Origin: a virus
Lineage: Duplodnaviria; Caudoviricetes
IMG/VR virus record: IMGVR_UViG_3300005512_000139
Span: 1-35,142 of that record
DNA: 35,142 nt
Direction: 5' to 3' (one strand)
Made by a program: the position numbers and the translations under genes. Below, piece by piece: positions 28,349 to 35,142 of the stretch (positions are counted from its first letter, which is position 1; every line of letters begins with the position of its first letter). The notes under the pieces were generated by a model. It ran no database searches, was not told where the DNA came from, and saw only the letters and a list, made by a program, of their open reading frames with translations.

Positions 28349-28531
28349 CTAACTTTTACTACGTCCTTTTCTGTCATTCTTTTGTAATTGATAACCCTCA
28401 CGAATTGCATGGAGGATGATGTTATCATAAGAATGTGAACGCAATGGTATATTCCGATGCAGAAGATAGTCCTCACAATCTTCTGCTAGCAGTTCTTTCT
28501 CTTCATGGGAAAGATGTTCTAAGTCAATCAT
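28349..28531 (-). CDS. Hypothetical protein (60 aa)
   Basis: ATGA overlap upstream; stop is the TAG inside motif copy 12. Confidence 0.7.
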   Translation of the reverse strand: MIDLEHLSHEEKELLAEDCEDYLLHRNIPLRSHSYDNIILHAIREGYQLQKNDRKGRSKS

Positions 28532-28974
28532 ACTGCTAGTGCTCCATCAGGGATTTCAATAAACTCAGGATCTTTACGATGATCGAATGAGTGCATATCT
28601 ACACATTTCCATTCGTCATTTACAGTCCAAATATAAGCATACTCCTCATTGTTGTCTTTGTCAAGATACTTAGAGATACTATCATCCAAACGAGGAGGAC
28701 AATCCTCACCACGCTGAGAGTAATACTGAGGAGCATATTTTGCGGTTTTTTTAATCTCTTTCACATAAGGAGCAGTTTCTTTACCAGTCCAGCACTCATT
28801 ACTCCAGCAGGATGACATGTCACCACCATCAATCAGTTCGGAAACTTTTTCCTTCGTATTGTAGTGTGTCTTGAGAATCCTACCCAACCACTGAGGATAA
28901 CCATCCCAGTGATGATAAACAGAAAGAACAGAATTGTCACTGAGTTGAATACCAATGCGTGAACGTGTTGCCAT
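28528..28974 (-). CDS. Conserved hypothetical phage protein (148 aa)
   Basis: MATRSRIGI...SVYHHWDGYPQWLGRILKTHY...LIDGGDMS...EEYAY, a recurrent phage family; ATG 16 nt after motif copy 13. Confidence 0.8.
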   Translation of the reverse strand: MATRSRIGIQLSDNSVLSVYHHWDGYPQWLGRILKTHYNTKEKVSELIDGGDMSSCWSNECWTGKETAPYVKEIKKTAKYAPQYYSQRGEDCPPRLDDSISKYLDKDNNEEYAYIWTVNDEWKCVDMHSFDHRKDPEFIEIPDGALAV

Positions 28975-29023
28975 GATGAAATGCGATTGTACTGATGTGG
29001 ATCTTTAGAGGTTACTAACTTTA

Positions 29024-29161
29024 TCAGTAATCAATGTTGCCGTTCAAATATTCTTCGATGCTGAACTTTTGCTCATCTTCAATCAAATCTGCCAGATCTT
29101 TTTCAACGTAATCAAATTCAATAAGTTCTTCGATTTGTTGTTCAGTCAAGTAAGAATCCAT
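29024..29161 (-). CDS. Small acidic hypothetical protein (45 aa)
   Basis: MDSYLTEQQIEELIEFDYVEKDLADLIEDEQKFSIEEYLNGNIDY; sole ORF between motif copies 14 and 13. Confidence 0.7.
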   Translation of the reverse strand: MDSYLTEQQIEELIEFDYVEKDLADLIEDEQKFSIEEYLNGNIDY

Positions 29162-29209
29162 GATGAAGTTGCGTACAATGCTGTGGACTTTTAGAGGTTA
29201 CTAACAATA

Positions 29210-29848
29210 TCAGGTACTCATGCGACGATGAACTCTACCCATGATCTTAGTTCTACCTTTTGCATCGGGGTTTTGTCCTGTCTCTTTCTTATATTTGTCA
29301 GTTTCTTGTTTCTTCATGATGCCACGAAGTTCAGTTTCACCTTTTCTGGCGATCTTCATTCTCTCTTGTCTAGTATAACCAGATGCTTTTGCTGGTTTGT
29401 AGTTTGGATTAACTTCTTTCTTCTTCTTTATAGCAAGAAGTTCAGTTGCTTTCTCATCAGCATCCTTAGAAGAAATGGTAGTTTTCTTTACTTCACCACC
29501 AGACTTTTTCGCTGCTGCTCTTGCTTGTGCTGCTTTTTTTCTTTCTGCTTTTACCTTATCAGCATATGATTGTTTAACTTCAGCAGAACCACGTTCCTTG
29601 GTTGGTTGTTGCTCAATTTCAGATCTTGCTTTGGTGGCACCAACATCTTTTCTAGTTTTATATTCACCGACTGGTGCAGTTTTACCACCACCGACTGCTT
29701 TAACCCTAGGTTTTACACCAGGGCGGCGTCTACTAGCGGTGTCACGTTTAGGTTCTTTACGTCCACCTTCACCAGTTTGTTTGATCTGAGATCTACCCTG
29801 AATTTCAGGATCATAAACTTCAGACATAAATTGCTGAAAAGTTTTCAT
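29210..29848 (-). CDS. Lys/Arg-rich protein, candidate internal head protein
   Basis: Very basic 212 aa. The N-terminus MKTFQQFMSE resembles the T4 internal-protein capsid targeting sequence, and a late-promoter-like box lies upstream. Confidence 0.65.
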   Translation of the reverse strand: MKTFQQFMSEVYDPEIQGRSQIKQTGEGGRKEPKRDTASRRRPGVKPRVKAVGGGKTAPVGEYKTRKDVGATKARSEIEQQPTKERGSAEVKQSYADKVKAERKKAAQARAAAKKSGGEVKKTTISSKDADEKATELLAIKKKKEVNPNYKPAKASGYTRQERMKIARKGETELRGIMKKQETDKYKKETGQNPDAKGRTKIMGRVHRRMST

Positions 29849-29854
29849 AAGAAA

Positions 29855-29887
29855 AGAGACACTAAACCATTAGTATTTAGTGTCTCT
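29855..29887 (-). terminator. Hairpin or terminator with an embedded late-promoter-like box (CTAAATA)
   Basis: 12-bp perfect stem AGAGACACTAAA/TTTAGTGTCTCT followed by TTTCTT and then the ATG; CTAAATA at 29874-29880. Confidence 0.65.
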
Positions 29888-29897
29888 GTAATTTTAT

Positions 29898-30068
29898 TCA
29901 CCAAAAATCAGGAGTGCTGAGATCTTCCACATATGAAACCACACTTTCAGCACCTTGAATATCAAGGACTTTTTCCCAATCAATATTGTGAGGATTGAAA
30001 TCTTCCATCACGTCAAGTTCAAGAGTGACGCGAAACTTTTGCTTTTGAAAATATGCGGTGGATGGCAT
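29898..30068 (-). CDS. Small hypothetical protein (56 aa)
   Basis: MPSTAYFQKQKFRVTLELDVMEDFNPHNIDWEKVLDIQGAESVVSYVEDLSTPDFW, with an AGGAG Shine-Dalgarno and its own promoter. Confidence 0.75.
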   Translation of the reverse strand: MPSTAYFQKQKFRVTLELDVMEDFNPHNIDWEKVLDIQGAESVVSYVEDLSTPDFW

Positions 30069-30098
30069 GAAGAACACTCCTGAATCGATTACTTTGTA

Positions 30099-30141
30099 AT
30101 GATAATTGACTTGAACCCAGAAGTCAAGGGAGAGTGGACAC
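30099..30141 (-). promoter_or_regulatory. Early sigma70-type promoter with stem-loop and upstream GTGTCCAC box
   Basis: TTGACT-17 nt-TATCAT, a TTGACTT...AAGTCAA inverted repeat, and GTGTCCAC at 30134-30141. Confidence 0.75.
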
Positions 30142-30184
30142 TAGTTGAACCTGCCCAATCATTATATTTATGTTTGTGTTTGAT

Positions 30185-30403
30185 TCACGACTTTCTGTTT
30201 TTTACATATTCAAGTTCATCCCATTGAAAGTTTTGGCACACCAATAGGATATGATTCTTCTTGTGACATGTACCTTTGTCGCAAGAAACATCTTTCACAC
30301 CTAACTCAATGCTGATAGAATCTTCACACTTAAAGTACACCCAACCCTCATGGTTTTTCCATCGCACATAATCATCAACTTCAGGAACGTACTGGTTCAT
30401 CAT
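30185..30403 (-). CDS. Hypothetical protein (start MMNQYVPEVDDYV)
   Basis: Internal ATG preferred over the track start; contains EGWVYFKC. Confidence 0.7.
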   Translation of the reverse strand: MMNQYVPEVDDYVRWKNHEGWVYFKCEDSISIELGVKDVSCDKGTCHKKNHILLVCQNFQWDELEYVKNRKS

Positions 30404-30605
30404 CGACGGAGATTGATTCGTAATCTGGATACATTGTAGTGACGATGTATTGCGCAAGTGCTTGTGTGGTTGCCACTACATAAACCTCCACGGTGTAGGT
30501 ACAAAAATCACCAGGAGTATCTTGCATAGAAAGTTCTACCTCAACTCTCCACACATTTCCTTTCTTGAGATGTTGATCCCAAGAGATTGTCATGTCAGGA
30601 TTCAT
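30381..30605 (-). CDS. Hypothetical protein (74 aa)
   Basis: Overlap-packed minus-strand ORF. Confidence 0.7.
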   Translation of the reverse strand: MNPDMTISWDQHLKKGNVWRVEVELSMQDTPGDFCTYTVEVYVVATTQALAQYIVTTMYPDYESISVDDEPVRS

Positions 30606-30906
30606 GATGTGCTTTCAGATCTGGGTTTGGTTGTGATTTAGTCAGATCCCTACGGGATTGATTCTTAATAACAATGAACGCATCTTTGTTATACTTACGC
30701 ACACCAAATGGTGTTGCCCATTTCTTATTATACTCTTCACCTTGATGAATACCTGACACAGCAGTTCCACCAATTTCTACATCTACTTCATCACCATATT
30801 CCCATCCAAGTGTTTCTAAAGCAATAGCAAGTTGCCCTAGCATTTTACCAGGATACATCGTAGTTTCATCCATTACATATTCTTCAGGTTCAAGATTGCC
30901 ATTCAT
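30595..30906 (-). CDS. Hypothetical protein (103 aa)
   Basis: GAGGAG Shine-Dalgarno; ATGA overlap with the upstream ORF. Confidence 0.75.
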   Translation of the reverse strand: MNGNLEPEEYVMDETTMYPGKMLGQLAIALETLGWEYGDEVDVEIGGTAVSGIHQGEEYNKKWATPFGVRKYNKDAFIVIKNQSRRDLTKSQPNPDLKAHHES

Positions 30907-31145
30907 GTTGTAAACTCCTCAACAATTTCAGACTCAAGATCTTCTTCTGCTAGCGCATAAGTTCGGGCATTTTGAATGTTGTAACGAAGTTGTGGATAAT
31001 GTTGCACATTATATTCTTGATCTTTCTGAACAATCAGATCAAAACACTCATTTTCATCTTCAGCAATTACATTCCAGATGCCACCATATTCAGATTGAGG
31101 AAATGGAATGAAATGTTCAACAATATACAGAAACTTTTGTGCCAT
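30903..31145 (-). CDS. Conserved hypothetical phage protein (start MAQKFLYIV)
   Basis: PFPQSEYGGIWNVIA motif; ATG at 31145 lies downstream of a promoter. Confidence 0.75.
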   Translation of the reverse strand: MAQKFLYIVEHFIPFPQSEYGGIWNVIAEDENECFDLIVQKDQEYNVQHYPQLRYNIQNARTYALAEEDLESEIVEEFTT

Positions 31146-31168
31146 CGGTGTGTATAAATTACTCCTCA

Positions 31169-31197
31169 AGTGTAATCGATTGAGTGTTAATTGTCAA
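31169..31197 (-). promoter_or_regulatory. Sigma70-type promoter
   Basis: TTGACA-17 nt-TACACT. Confidence 0.7.
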
Positions 31198-32018
31198 GCG
31201 TTGAAAGCGTCAGTCAATGCATTTGAACGGCGTTTCAATCTCCTCTGGCACACATCATAATATGTTGCATCAATTTCAAATCCAATGTATTGACGATTTG
31301 TATCAACACAACATACAGCAGTTGTACCTGATCCCATAAATGGATCAAGCACAGTATCTTTTTCATCACTCCATGTGAGGATATGATCTTTTGCTAATGC
31401 TTCGGGAAAAATAGCAGGATGCTCAAATGCTTCAGCATCCTTTGATGAATAGTTTTTTCCAGTATTATACTTCCAAATATTATTTCTGGGACTAAATTCT
31501 GGAATTGGTTTAATATTACGTTCTACAAGTGAACCATCTTTTTTACGAATTGTTCCTTTACCAAAGTGTGTATAACCTGCCCATCGGTTGGGTTTATCGC
31601 AGAGAAGATGTGCAGTCTTTGGTTTAGTTTTTTTCGAGAACACAAACATATACTCAAATACTTGTGAGTATCTATTACCTGTTCTCTTTGCGGGAAAAGG
31701 ACTACCATTCTTCTCATAGATCATGGTGTCATGTAATAAGAAACCAAGATCCATAAAGTGAACGACTTGACGGAAACTAGAACCAGTTTCACTTCCTTTT
31801 ACGGTAGCATCTCCAATCACCCACACAACAACTCCACCAATCTTCATCACTCGATAAAGTTCAGCAGCAACATTTTTGAATGTATCAAAGTTCCATGATG
31901 AACTATCATTGTATGAACGAAGATTATCATATGGTGGAGAAGTAACACAAAGATCGATCGAATTACTTTCTAGTTTACTCATTCCACTGATACAGTTTTC
32001 GTGGAAAACGTGGTTCAT
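31194..32018 (-). CDS. DNA methyltransferase, beta class (N4-cytosine/N6-adenine)
   Basis: Motif IV TSPPY near the N-terminus, HPAIFP, and motif I VLDPFMGSGTT near the C-terminus. Confidence 0.92.
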   Translation of the reverse strand: MNHVFHENCISGMSKLESNSIDLCVTSPPYDNLRSYNDSSSWNFDTFKNVAAELYRVMKIGGVVVWVIGDATVKGSETGSSFRQVVHFMDLGFLLHDTMIYEKNGSPFPAKRTGNRYSQVFEYMFVFSKKTKPKTAHLLCDKPNRWAGYTHFGKGTIRKKDGSLVERNIKPIPEFSPRNNIWKYNTGKNYSSKDAEAFEHPAIFPEALAKDHILTWSDEKDTVLDPFMGSGTTAVCCVDTNRQYIGFEIDATYYDVCQRRLKRRSNALTDAFNA

Positions 32019-32245
32019 TCGATGCGTTCTTTGTTATGTAAATTATACACCACAGGTTGAATTTTGTCAATCCTTGCCATCATCCTGTTTTCACATTCAT
32101 AGATGGAGTTTGTAAGTTCTACATTCTCTGCTTCTAGTTTCTCAATTCTGTTTTGAAGTTCTAAAATTTTATTTGCAAAAGCAAATGAGTTATTGCTTAC
32201 TTCTGGTTCTTCTCTTCTTTTGAAGAGATTGGAGAACATTCCCAT
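32015..32245 (-). CDS. Hypothetical coiled-coil protein (76 aa)
   Basis: Heptad-like ILELQNRIEKLEAENVELTN; its stop overlaps the methyltransferase ATG. Confidence 0.65.
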   Translation of the reverse strand: MGMFSNLFKRREEPEVSNNSFAFANKILELQNRIEKLEAENVELTNSIYECENRMMARIDKIQPVVYNLHNKERIE

Positions 32246-32450
32246 AACGGTTTGATACTTGGTAATCCTTTGGTTTTAATTTATACCGATCAATATATTT
32301 CTGTAAGTGTTCTTCACATTCAAAATGACAAACAGTGAGTGCAATACCTCTTATATTATGATGATCTTTATTCACCTCCAATCTCCACGGAAATGATTTA
32401 TATGGAAAATTAATATTGTATTCTGGATTTAAGATGGAGGATCTGATCAT
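32190..32450 (-). CDS. Hypothetical protein (86 aa)
   Basis: FPYKSFPWRLE...CHFECEEHLQKYIDRYKL; ATGA overlap with the upstream ORF. Confidence 0.7.
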   Translation of the reverse strand: MIRSSILNPEYNINFPYKSFPWRLEVNKDHHNIRGIALTVCHFECEEHLQKYIDRYKLKPKDYQVSNRYGNVLQSLQKKRRTRSKQ

Positions 32451-32599
32451 TTTTTAAGATTCATTTGTCTTTTCAATTCCCACTTAACCGTGTTTAGATG
32501 TTTGTGTAAGTAAATTTTCCATTCATTGTCTTTAGTTAATTCCATGATATTTTCTGTTTGCCATAATGCAAACAAAAGTTTTTCATCATCAGTAATCAT
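32447..32599 (-). CDS. Small hypothetical protein (50 aa)
   Basis: MITDDEKLLFALWQTENIMELTKDNEWKIYLHKHLNTVKWELKRQMNLKK; ATGA overlaps on both sides. Confidence 0.7.
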   Translation of the reverse strand: MITDDEKLLFALWQTENIMELTKDNEWKIYLHKHLNTVKWELKRQMNLKK

Positions 32600-32799
32600 T
32601 TGAATCCACCTTTATCAAGGACTTCAATATGTGAAAGGAAAATTTTTCTATTCCACCAAATTTCTTGTGCTGACAGATAATTATCAACCACAATACTTTC
32701 GCCCATTTTACTTACAACTCTATAATGGTGCCGATCATAATCTTTGTAGCATGATTGCTCAAAGTATTGTGGATCATTTTTTTCAATTAATGCAGTCAC
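32596..32799 (-). CDS. Hypothetical protein (67 aa)
   Basis: GTG start overlapping the upstream stop; contains YDRHHY and LSHIEVLD. Confidence 0.7.
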   Translation of the reverse strand: MTALIEKNDPQYFEQSCYKDYDRHHYRVVSKMGESIVVDNYLSAQEIWWNRKIFLSHIEVLDKGGFK

Positions 32800-32954
32800 G
32801 ATGTCAGTCTGAGATAATAATCTTCTAGTTTTTGTTGGAGTTTTTTATGATTAACAGATGGTGTGTTAATTTGTTCACCTTGAGCAATGGTGTAAGAAGA
32901 GGTGCAATTCAACACCTCTTGAAGATACTTAACTTCTTCTTTAGTAAAATTCAT
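32796..32954 (-). CDS. Small hypothetical protein (52 aa)
   Basis: MNFTKEEVKYLQEVLNCTSSYTIAQGEQINTPSVNHKKLQQKLEDYYLRLTS; 4-nt overlaps on both sides. Confidence 0.65.
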   Translation of the reverse strand: MNFTKEEVKYLQEVLNCTSSYTIAQGEQINTPSVNHKKLQQKLEDYYLRLTS

Positions 32955-33148
32955 TGCCAGCGTTTTGTTTTAAGATAGTTGAGAACATCAGCACGAACAT
33001 CCATGAGTTCATGATAACATTTTTGATTGTGAGCACATTGACGAAGTGCAGGATCAGGTTTAATTACAGATTCGATGAAGATGTCTAAACCTCGATTCCA
33101 TTTTTCTTGTTTAGTTTCTCCATCATTAATAGTGTACTGATCCTTCAT
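32951..33148 (-). CDS. Hypothetical protein (65 aa)
   Basis: KWNRGLDIFIESVIKPDPALRQCAHNQKCYHELM. Confidence 0.75.
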   Translation of the reverse strand: MKDQYTINDGETKQEKWNRGLDIFIESVIKPDPALRQCAHNQKCYHELMDVRADVLNYLKTKRWQ

Positions 33149-33168
33149 TAAACCCCCCTAGGTTTTGA

Positions 33169-33372
33169 CTATTTAATCAGTTTCCAGTTAGGATCATTTT
33201 CCTTCTCCATCCAGAAGAAGTACCTACCTGAAATAGAAGAGAGAAACATACGTCGATCATCTTCCTTTTCTATTTTACATGAATGCAAGAGATCCATTTG
33301 ATTAGCGAAACGATTCTTTGCTTTTGATGTCTTTGGTTGGACTGTAACGAATTTAGATTTAGTAACTGACAT
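33169..33372 (-). CDS. Hypothetical protein (67 aa)
   Basis: ATG 15 nt after motif copy 15; contains KAKNRFANQM. Confidence 0.75.
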   Translation of the reverse strand: MSVTKSKFVTVQPKTSKAKNRFANQMDLLHSCKIEKEDDRRMFLSSISGRYFFWMEKENDPNWKLIK

Positions 33373-33457
33373 GAATAAATGGATTACATCATAAAGGATC
33401 TTTAGAGGTTACTAATAAAAATATAAAAGCTATATTTTTATCAACCCCAACAAAGGT

Positions 33458-33486
33458 ATTCTACATGGGTTTACTTACCTTGTCAA
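33458..33486 (-). promoter_or_regulatory. Sigma70-type promoter
   Basis: TTGACA-17 nt-TAGAAT. Confidence 0.8.
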
Positions 33487-33504
33487 GAGTGACATCATAG
33501 GATA

Positions 33505-33942
33505 TCATAGTAAACGATTTGGAAGATACTCAATCCCCATGTACTTATTGTACAGTTCTTGTTCCTTTTCTGATGCTTCAGTCTCCCATGGTTGATCAGA
33601 ATAGTCCGTGTGAGAGTGATCTATGCCCTTCCAGAAGCGTTTAAATCCTTTGTCCTTAAGATCACCCTTGACGTGTTGATAAACGTGCCACAGTTCGTGT
33701 AAAAGAGTCTTTGTGTACGTTTCTACATCCAGTCGGTTATGAATTTCGATCTCAAAATCTCTTGGACGAGAATTGAGATCTAAAACAGTACACCAACCGA
33801 TAACACCTTCGCGAATCAATCCACGATGATTCACGATAATGTCCAACTTATGTCGTGGTAGGTAGTTTGAAATGAACCACAGAACAATGTCTTCACATCG
33901 TTTCTGACTGTATTTGTAACCAGCAGTTTCAAGACAGAGCAT
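33505..33942 (-). CDS. Putative zinc metallopeptidase-like protein (HEXXH)
   Basis: TLLHELWHVYQ plus downstream QPWETEA; probable start MLCLETAG at 33942. Confidence 0.7.
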   Translation of the reverse strand: MLCLETAGYKYSQKRCEDIVLWFISNYLPRHKLDIIVNHRGLIREGVIGWCTVLDLNSRPRDFEIEIHNRLDVETYTKTLLHELWHVYQHVKGDLKDKGFKRFWKGIDHSHTDYSDQPWETEASEKEQELYNKYMGIEYLPNRLL

Positions 33943-34027
33943 TAATAGCAGCAGCAGTGACACGGGTTCCCCAGTTCATAAACCAGAAGAATGAAGCAAT
34001 GAAGATTAGTTTGTGGGTGGCAGTCAT
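33929..34027 (-). CDS. Small hydrophobic peptide (32 aa)
   Basis: MTATHKLIFIASFFWFMNWGTRVTAAAINALS, with a strong AAGGAGGAGG Shine-Dalgarno and an upstream promoter. Confidence 0.6.
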   Translation of the reverse strand: MTATHKLIFIASFFWFMNWGTRVTAAAINALS

Positions 34028-34049
34028 CCTCCTCCTTGTGTATGCACAT

Positions 34050-34092
34050 ATTATAAAACCCGTCAAGCGTGAACCTGACGGGTGTGTGCCAC
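34050..34092 (-). promoter_or_regulatory. Early-type promoter: GTGGCACA box, stem-loop and TATAAT
   Basis: Minus strand reads GTGGCACA-c-ACCCGTCA...TGACGGGT-tt-TATAAT. There is no canonical -35 at 17-nt spacing. Confidence 0.65.
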
Positions 34093-34106
34093 TTTTTAAA
34101 GCGTTC

Positions 34107-34598
34107 TTAGAAGTAATTAAAGTTCACATTGATTCTACATTTAGTATCAGTGCATGTTGTGCTGGTGTGCATTTTAGAAGGATCAAAAAGCAATAAACGA
34201 TTCTCAATAGATTCAACTTTTACAGTATCTTCAAGAATCGTCAATCCATTATTAGTATTCAGATAAAAAATAGCACCCTTATGTGGAAATGGATAATCAT
34301 AATGATTATCATGTACTATCATTTCTGGTGTGGATGGATAGCAATTTGCTTTGATTCTCATGAGTGCATGGCAATCCATCATATTAAGAAGTGGTGCAAA
34401 CATTTGTGATGCTGGTTCCGTGTTAAATCCATCCCAGAACATATGGACAAAGTAAAAAGAAGCATGTGTAGGGAGAACCTCTTTTTCGTTTGTAATTGCT
34501 GTAGTCAAATTCCAAGGAAAGTTTGGATTTAATATATTATTTTTAATATTCTCAAATTCCTCTTTTGGAAGAGCATTATCTATAATTTGGTAAGTCAT
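34107..34598 (-). CDS. 2OG-Fe(II) oxygenase family protein
   Basis: HYD (HxD), AIFYLNTNNG, ENRLLLFD, a distal His (MHTST) and RINVNFNY. Confidence 0.8.
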   Translation of the reverse strand: MTYQIIDNALPKEEFENIKNNILNPNFPWNLTTAITNEKEVLPTHASFYFVHMFWDGFNTEPASQMFAPLLNMMDCHALMRIKANCYPSTPEMIVHDNHYDYPFPHKGAIFYLNTNNGLTILEDTVKVESIENRLLLFDPSKMHTSTTCTDTKCRINVNFNYF

Positions 34599-35140
34599 TA
34601 GTTATATAAAAAATTTTTTGGTTTATCTTTTTTATCTGTAAGAACAATTTTATAATCAATATTAAATGTCTGACGAATACCTTTTGTTTGTGGATAAGTT
34701 CCATGTGGAATATAATGAGGAAAAATCAAAACTTTTCCAACTTCGGGTTCTATGTGGTGAATACTAGGAACTCCTTGATTTACAAAAGGACTTGATGGAT
34801 CAGCATGTAAAACTAAAAATATAGAATTTGAGAAATCTTTAGAATCTGGAACATTCAAATATGATACGACAGATACTCCATCCATCGTACCTTCAGAATG
34901 TCTATGAATTGTATGATACGAACCTTCTTCACCTATTACCGTCCAAGCCGTATCTTGATGTAGTTCAATGTCATCAGTTTTTAAAATAGATGCTGCCTTT
35001 AGTCTTCCGTGTATTCCTTTCCTATATCTTCGTTCTATGTCTTCGTACTCTTTACTTTTATAATGAAAAGATTTCTTTCCTCTCTTTTTAATCCAATATT
35101 GTTTTGCATTATCTCCCGTTGTGCTATAATTTTCTTTATC
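34598..35140 (-). CDS. 2OG-Fe(II) oxygenase-like protein (5' end outside the window)
   Basis: The frame stays open upstream of the track start to the window edge: DTAWTVIGEEGSYHTIHRH...VSVVSYL...PEVGKVLIFPHYIPHGTYPQ...RQTFN. Confidence 0.7.
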   Translation of the reverse strand, partial: DKENYSTTGDNAKQYWIKKRGKKSFHYKSKEYEDIERRYRKGIHGRLKAASILKTDDIELHQDTAWTVIGEEGSYHTIHRHSEGTMDGVSVVSYLNVPDSKDFSNSIFLVLHADPSSPFVNQGVPSIHHIEPEVGKVLIFPHYIPHGTYPQTKGIRQTFNIDYKIVLTDKKDKPKNFLYN

Positions 35141-35142
35141 AT

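Larger units (their letters stand above)
19772..33416 (-). repeat. Dispersed 29-bp intergenic element, 15 copies (type copy GTTAGTTACCTCCAAATGTCCTCTATAGT)
   Basis: Copies at 19772-19800, 20005-20033, 21030-21058, 21271-21299, 22027-22055, 22698-22726, 23409-23437, 24195-24223, 25140-25168, 26052-26080, 27411-27439, 28325-28353, 28991-29019, 29177-29205 and 33388-33416. All have the same orientation and all lie upstream of a gene. Confidence 0.95.

Noticed and set aside
19772-33416. The 29-bp repeats as a CRISPR array
   Set aside because: Intervening segments are about 150-4200 bp and protein-coding, the repeats are degenerate, and no cas genes are present.
19772-33416. The 29-bp repeats as classical integron attC or Xer dif sites
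   Set aside because: There is no RYYYAAC...GTTRRRY long imperfect palindrome, no convincing 11-6-11 XerC/XerD arms, and no integrase in the window. Only the cassette-like layout is shared.
1754-34196. Plus-strand ORFs and nested alternative-frame ORFs in the ORF track (e.g. 4057-4611, 24372-24905, 25554-26300, 26191-26598)
   Set aside because: They are shadows of well-supported minus-strand genes, with atypical composition and no ribosome-binding sites or motifs.

Overview
Fragment of a T4-like myovirus genome, most similar in gene content and style to marine cyanophages. Nearly all real genes are on the minus strand. Positions 1-17106 are a late structural baseplate module: gp25, gp6, a giant 4050-aa gp7-like wedge protein, gp8, and the start of a VrlC/DUF4815-type virion protein. 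Positions 17128-19368 hold small conserved hypotheticals and a GT-A glycosyltransferase-like gene. An unusual noncoding block at about 20040-20560 contains divergent sigma70 promoters, three 14-bp direct repeats, DnaA-box-like nonamers and an AT-rich tract. Positions 19500-35142 are a dense accessory region of short ORFs, plus an SF2 helicase, a ligase-like nucleotidyltransferase, a PD-(D/E)XK nuclease, an SPPY-type DNA methyltransferase, an HEXXH peptidase and two 2OG-Fe(II) oxygenases. The most striking signal is a 29-bp element (minus-strand consensus RTTAGTWACCnnnAAAnnTCnnCnnnnnY, always followed by a purine) found 15 times. Most copies sit between a stop codon and the next start codon, dividing the accessory region into gene cassettes. 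It may be a non-sigma70 promoter class giving leaderless or short-leader mRNAs, a recombination site for cassette shuffling, or both. Product calls rest on motifs, synteny and recalled family knowledge; no database searches were run.
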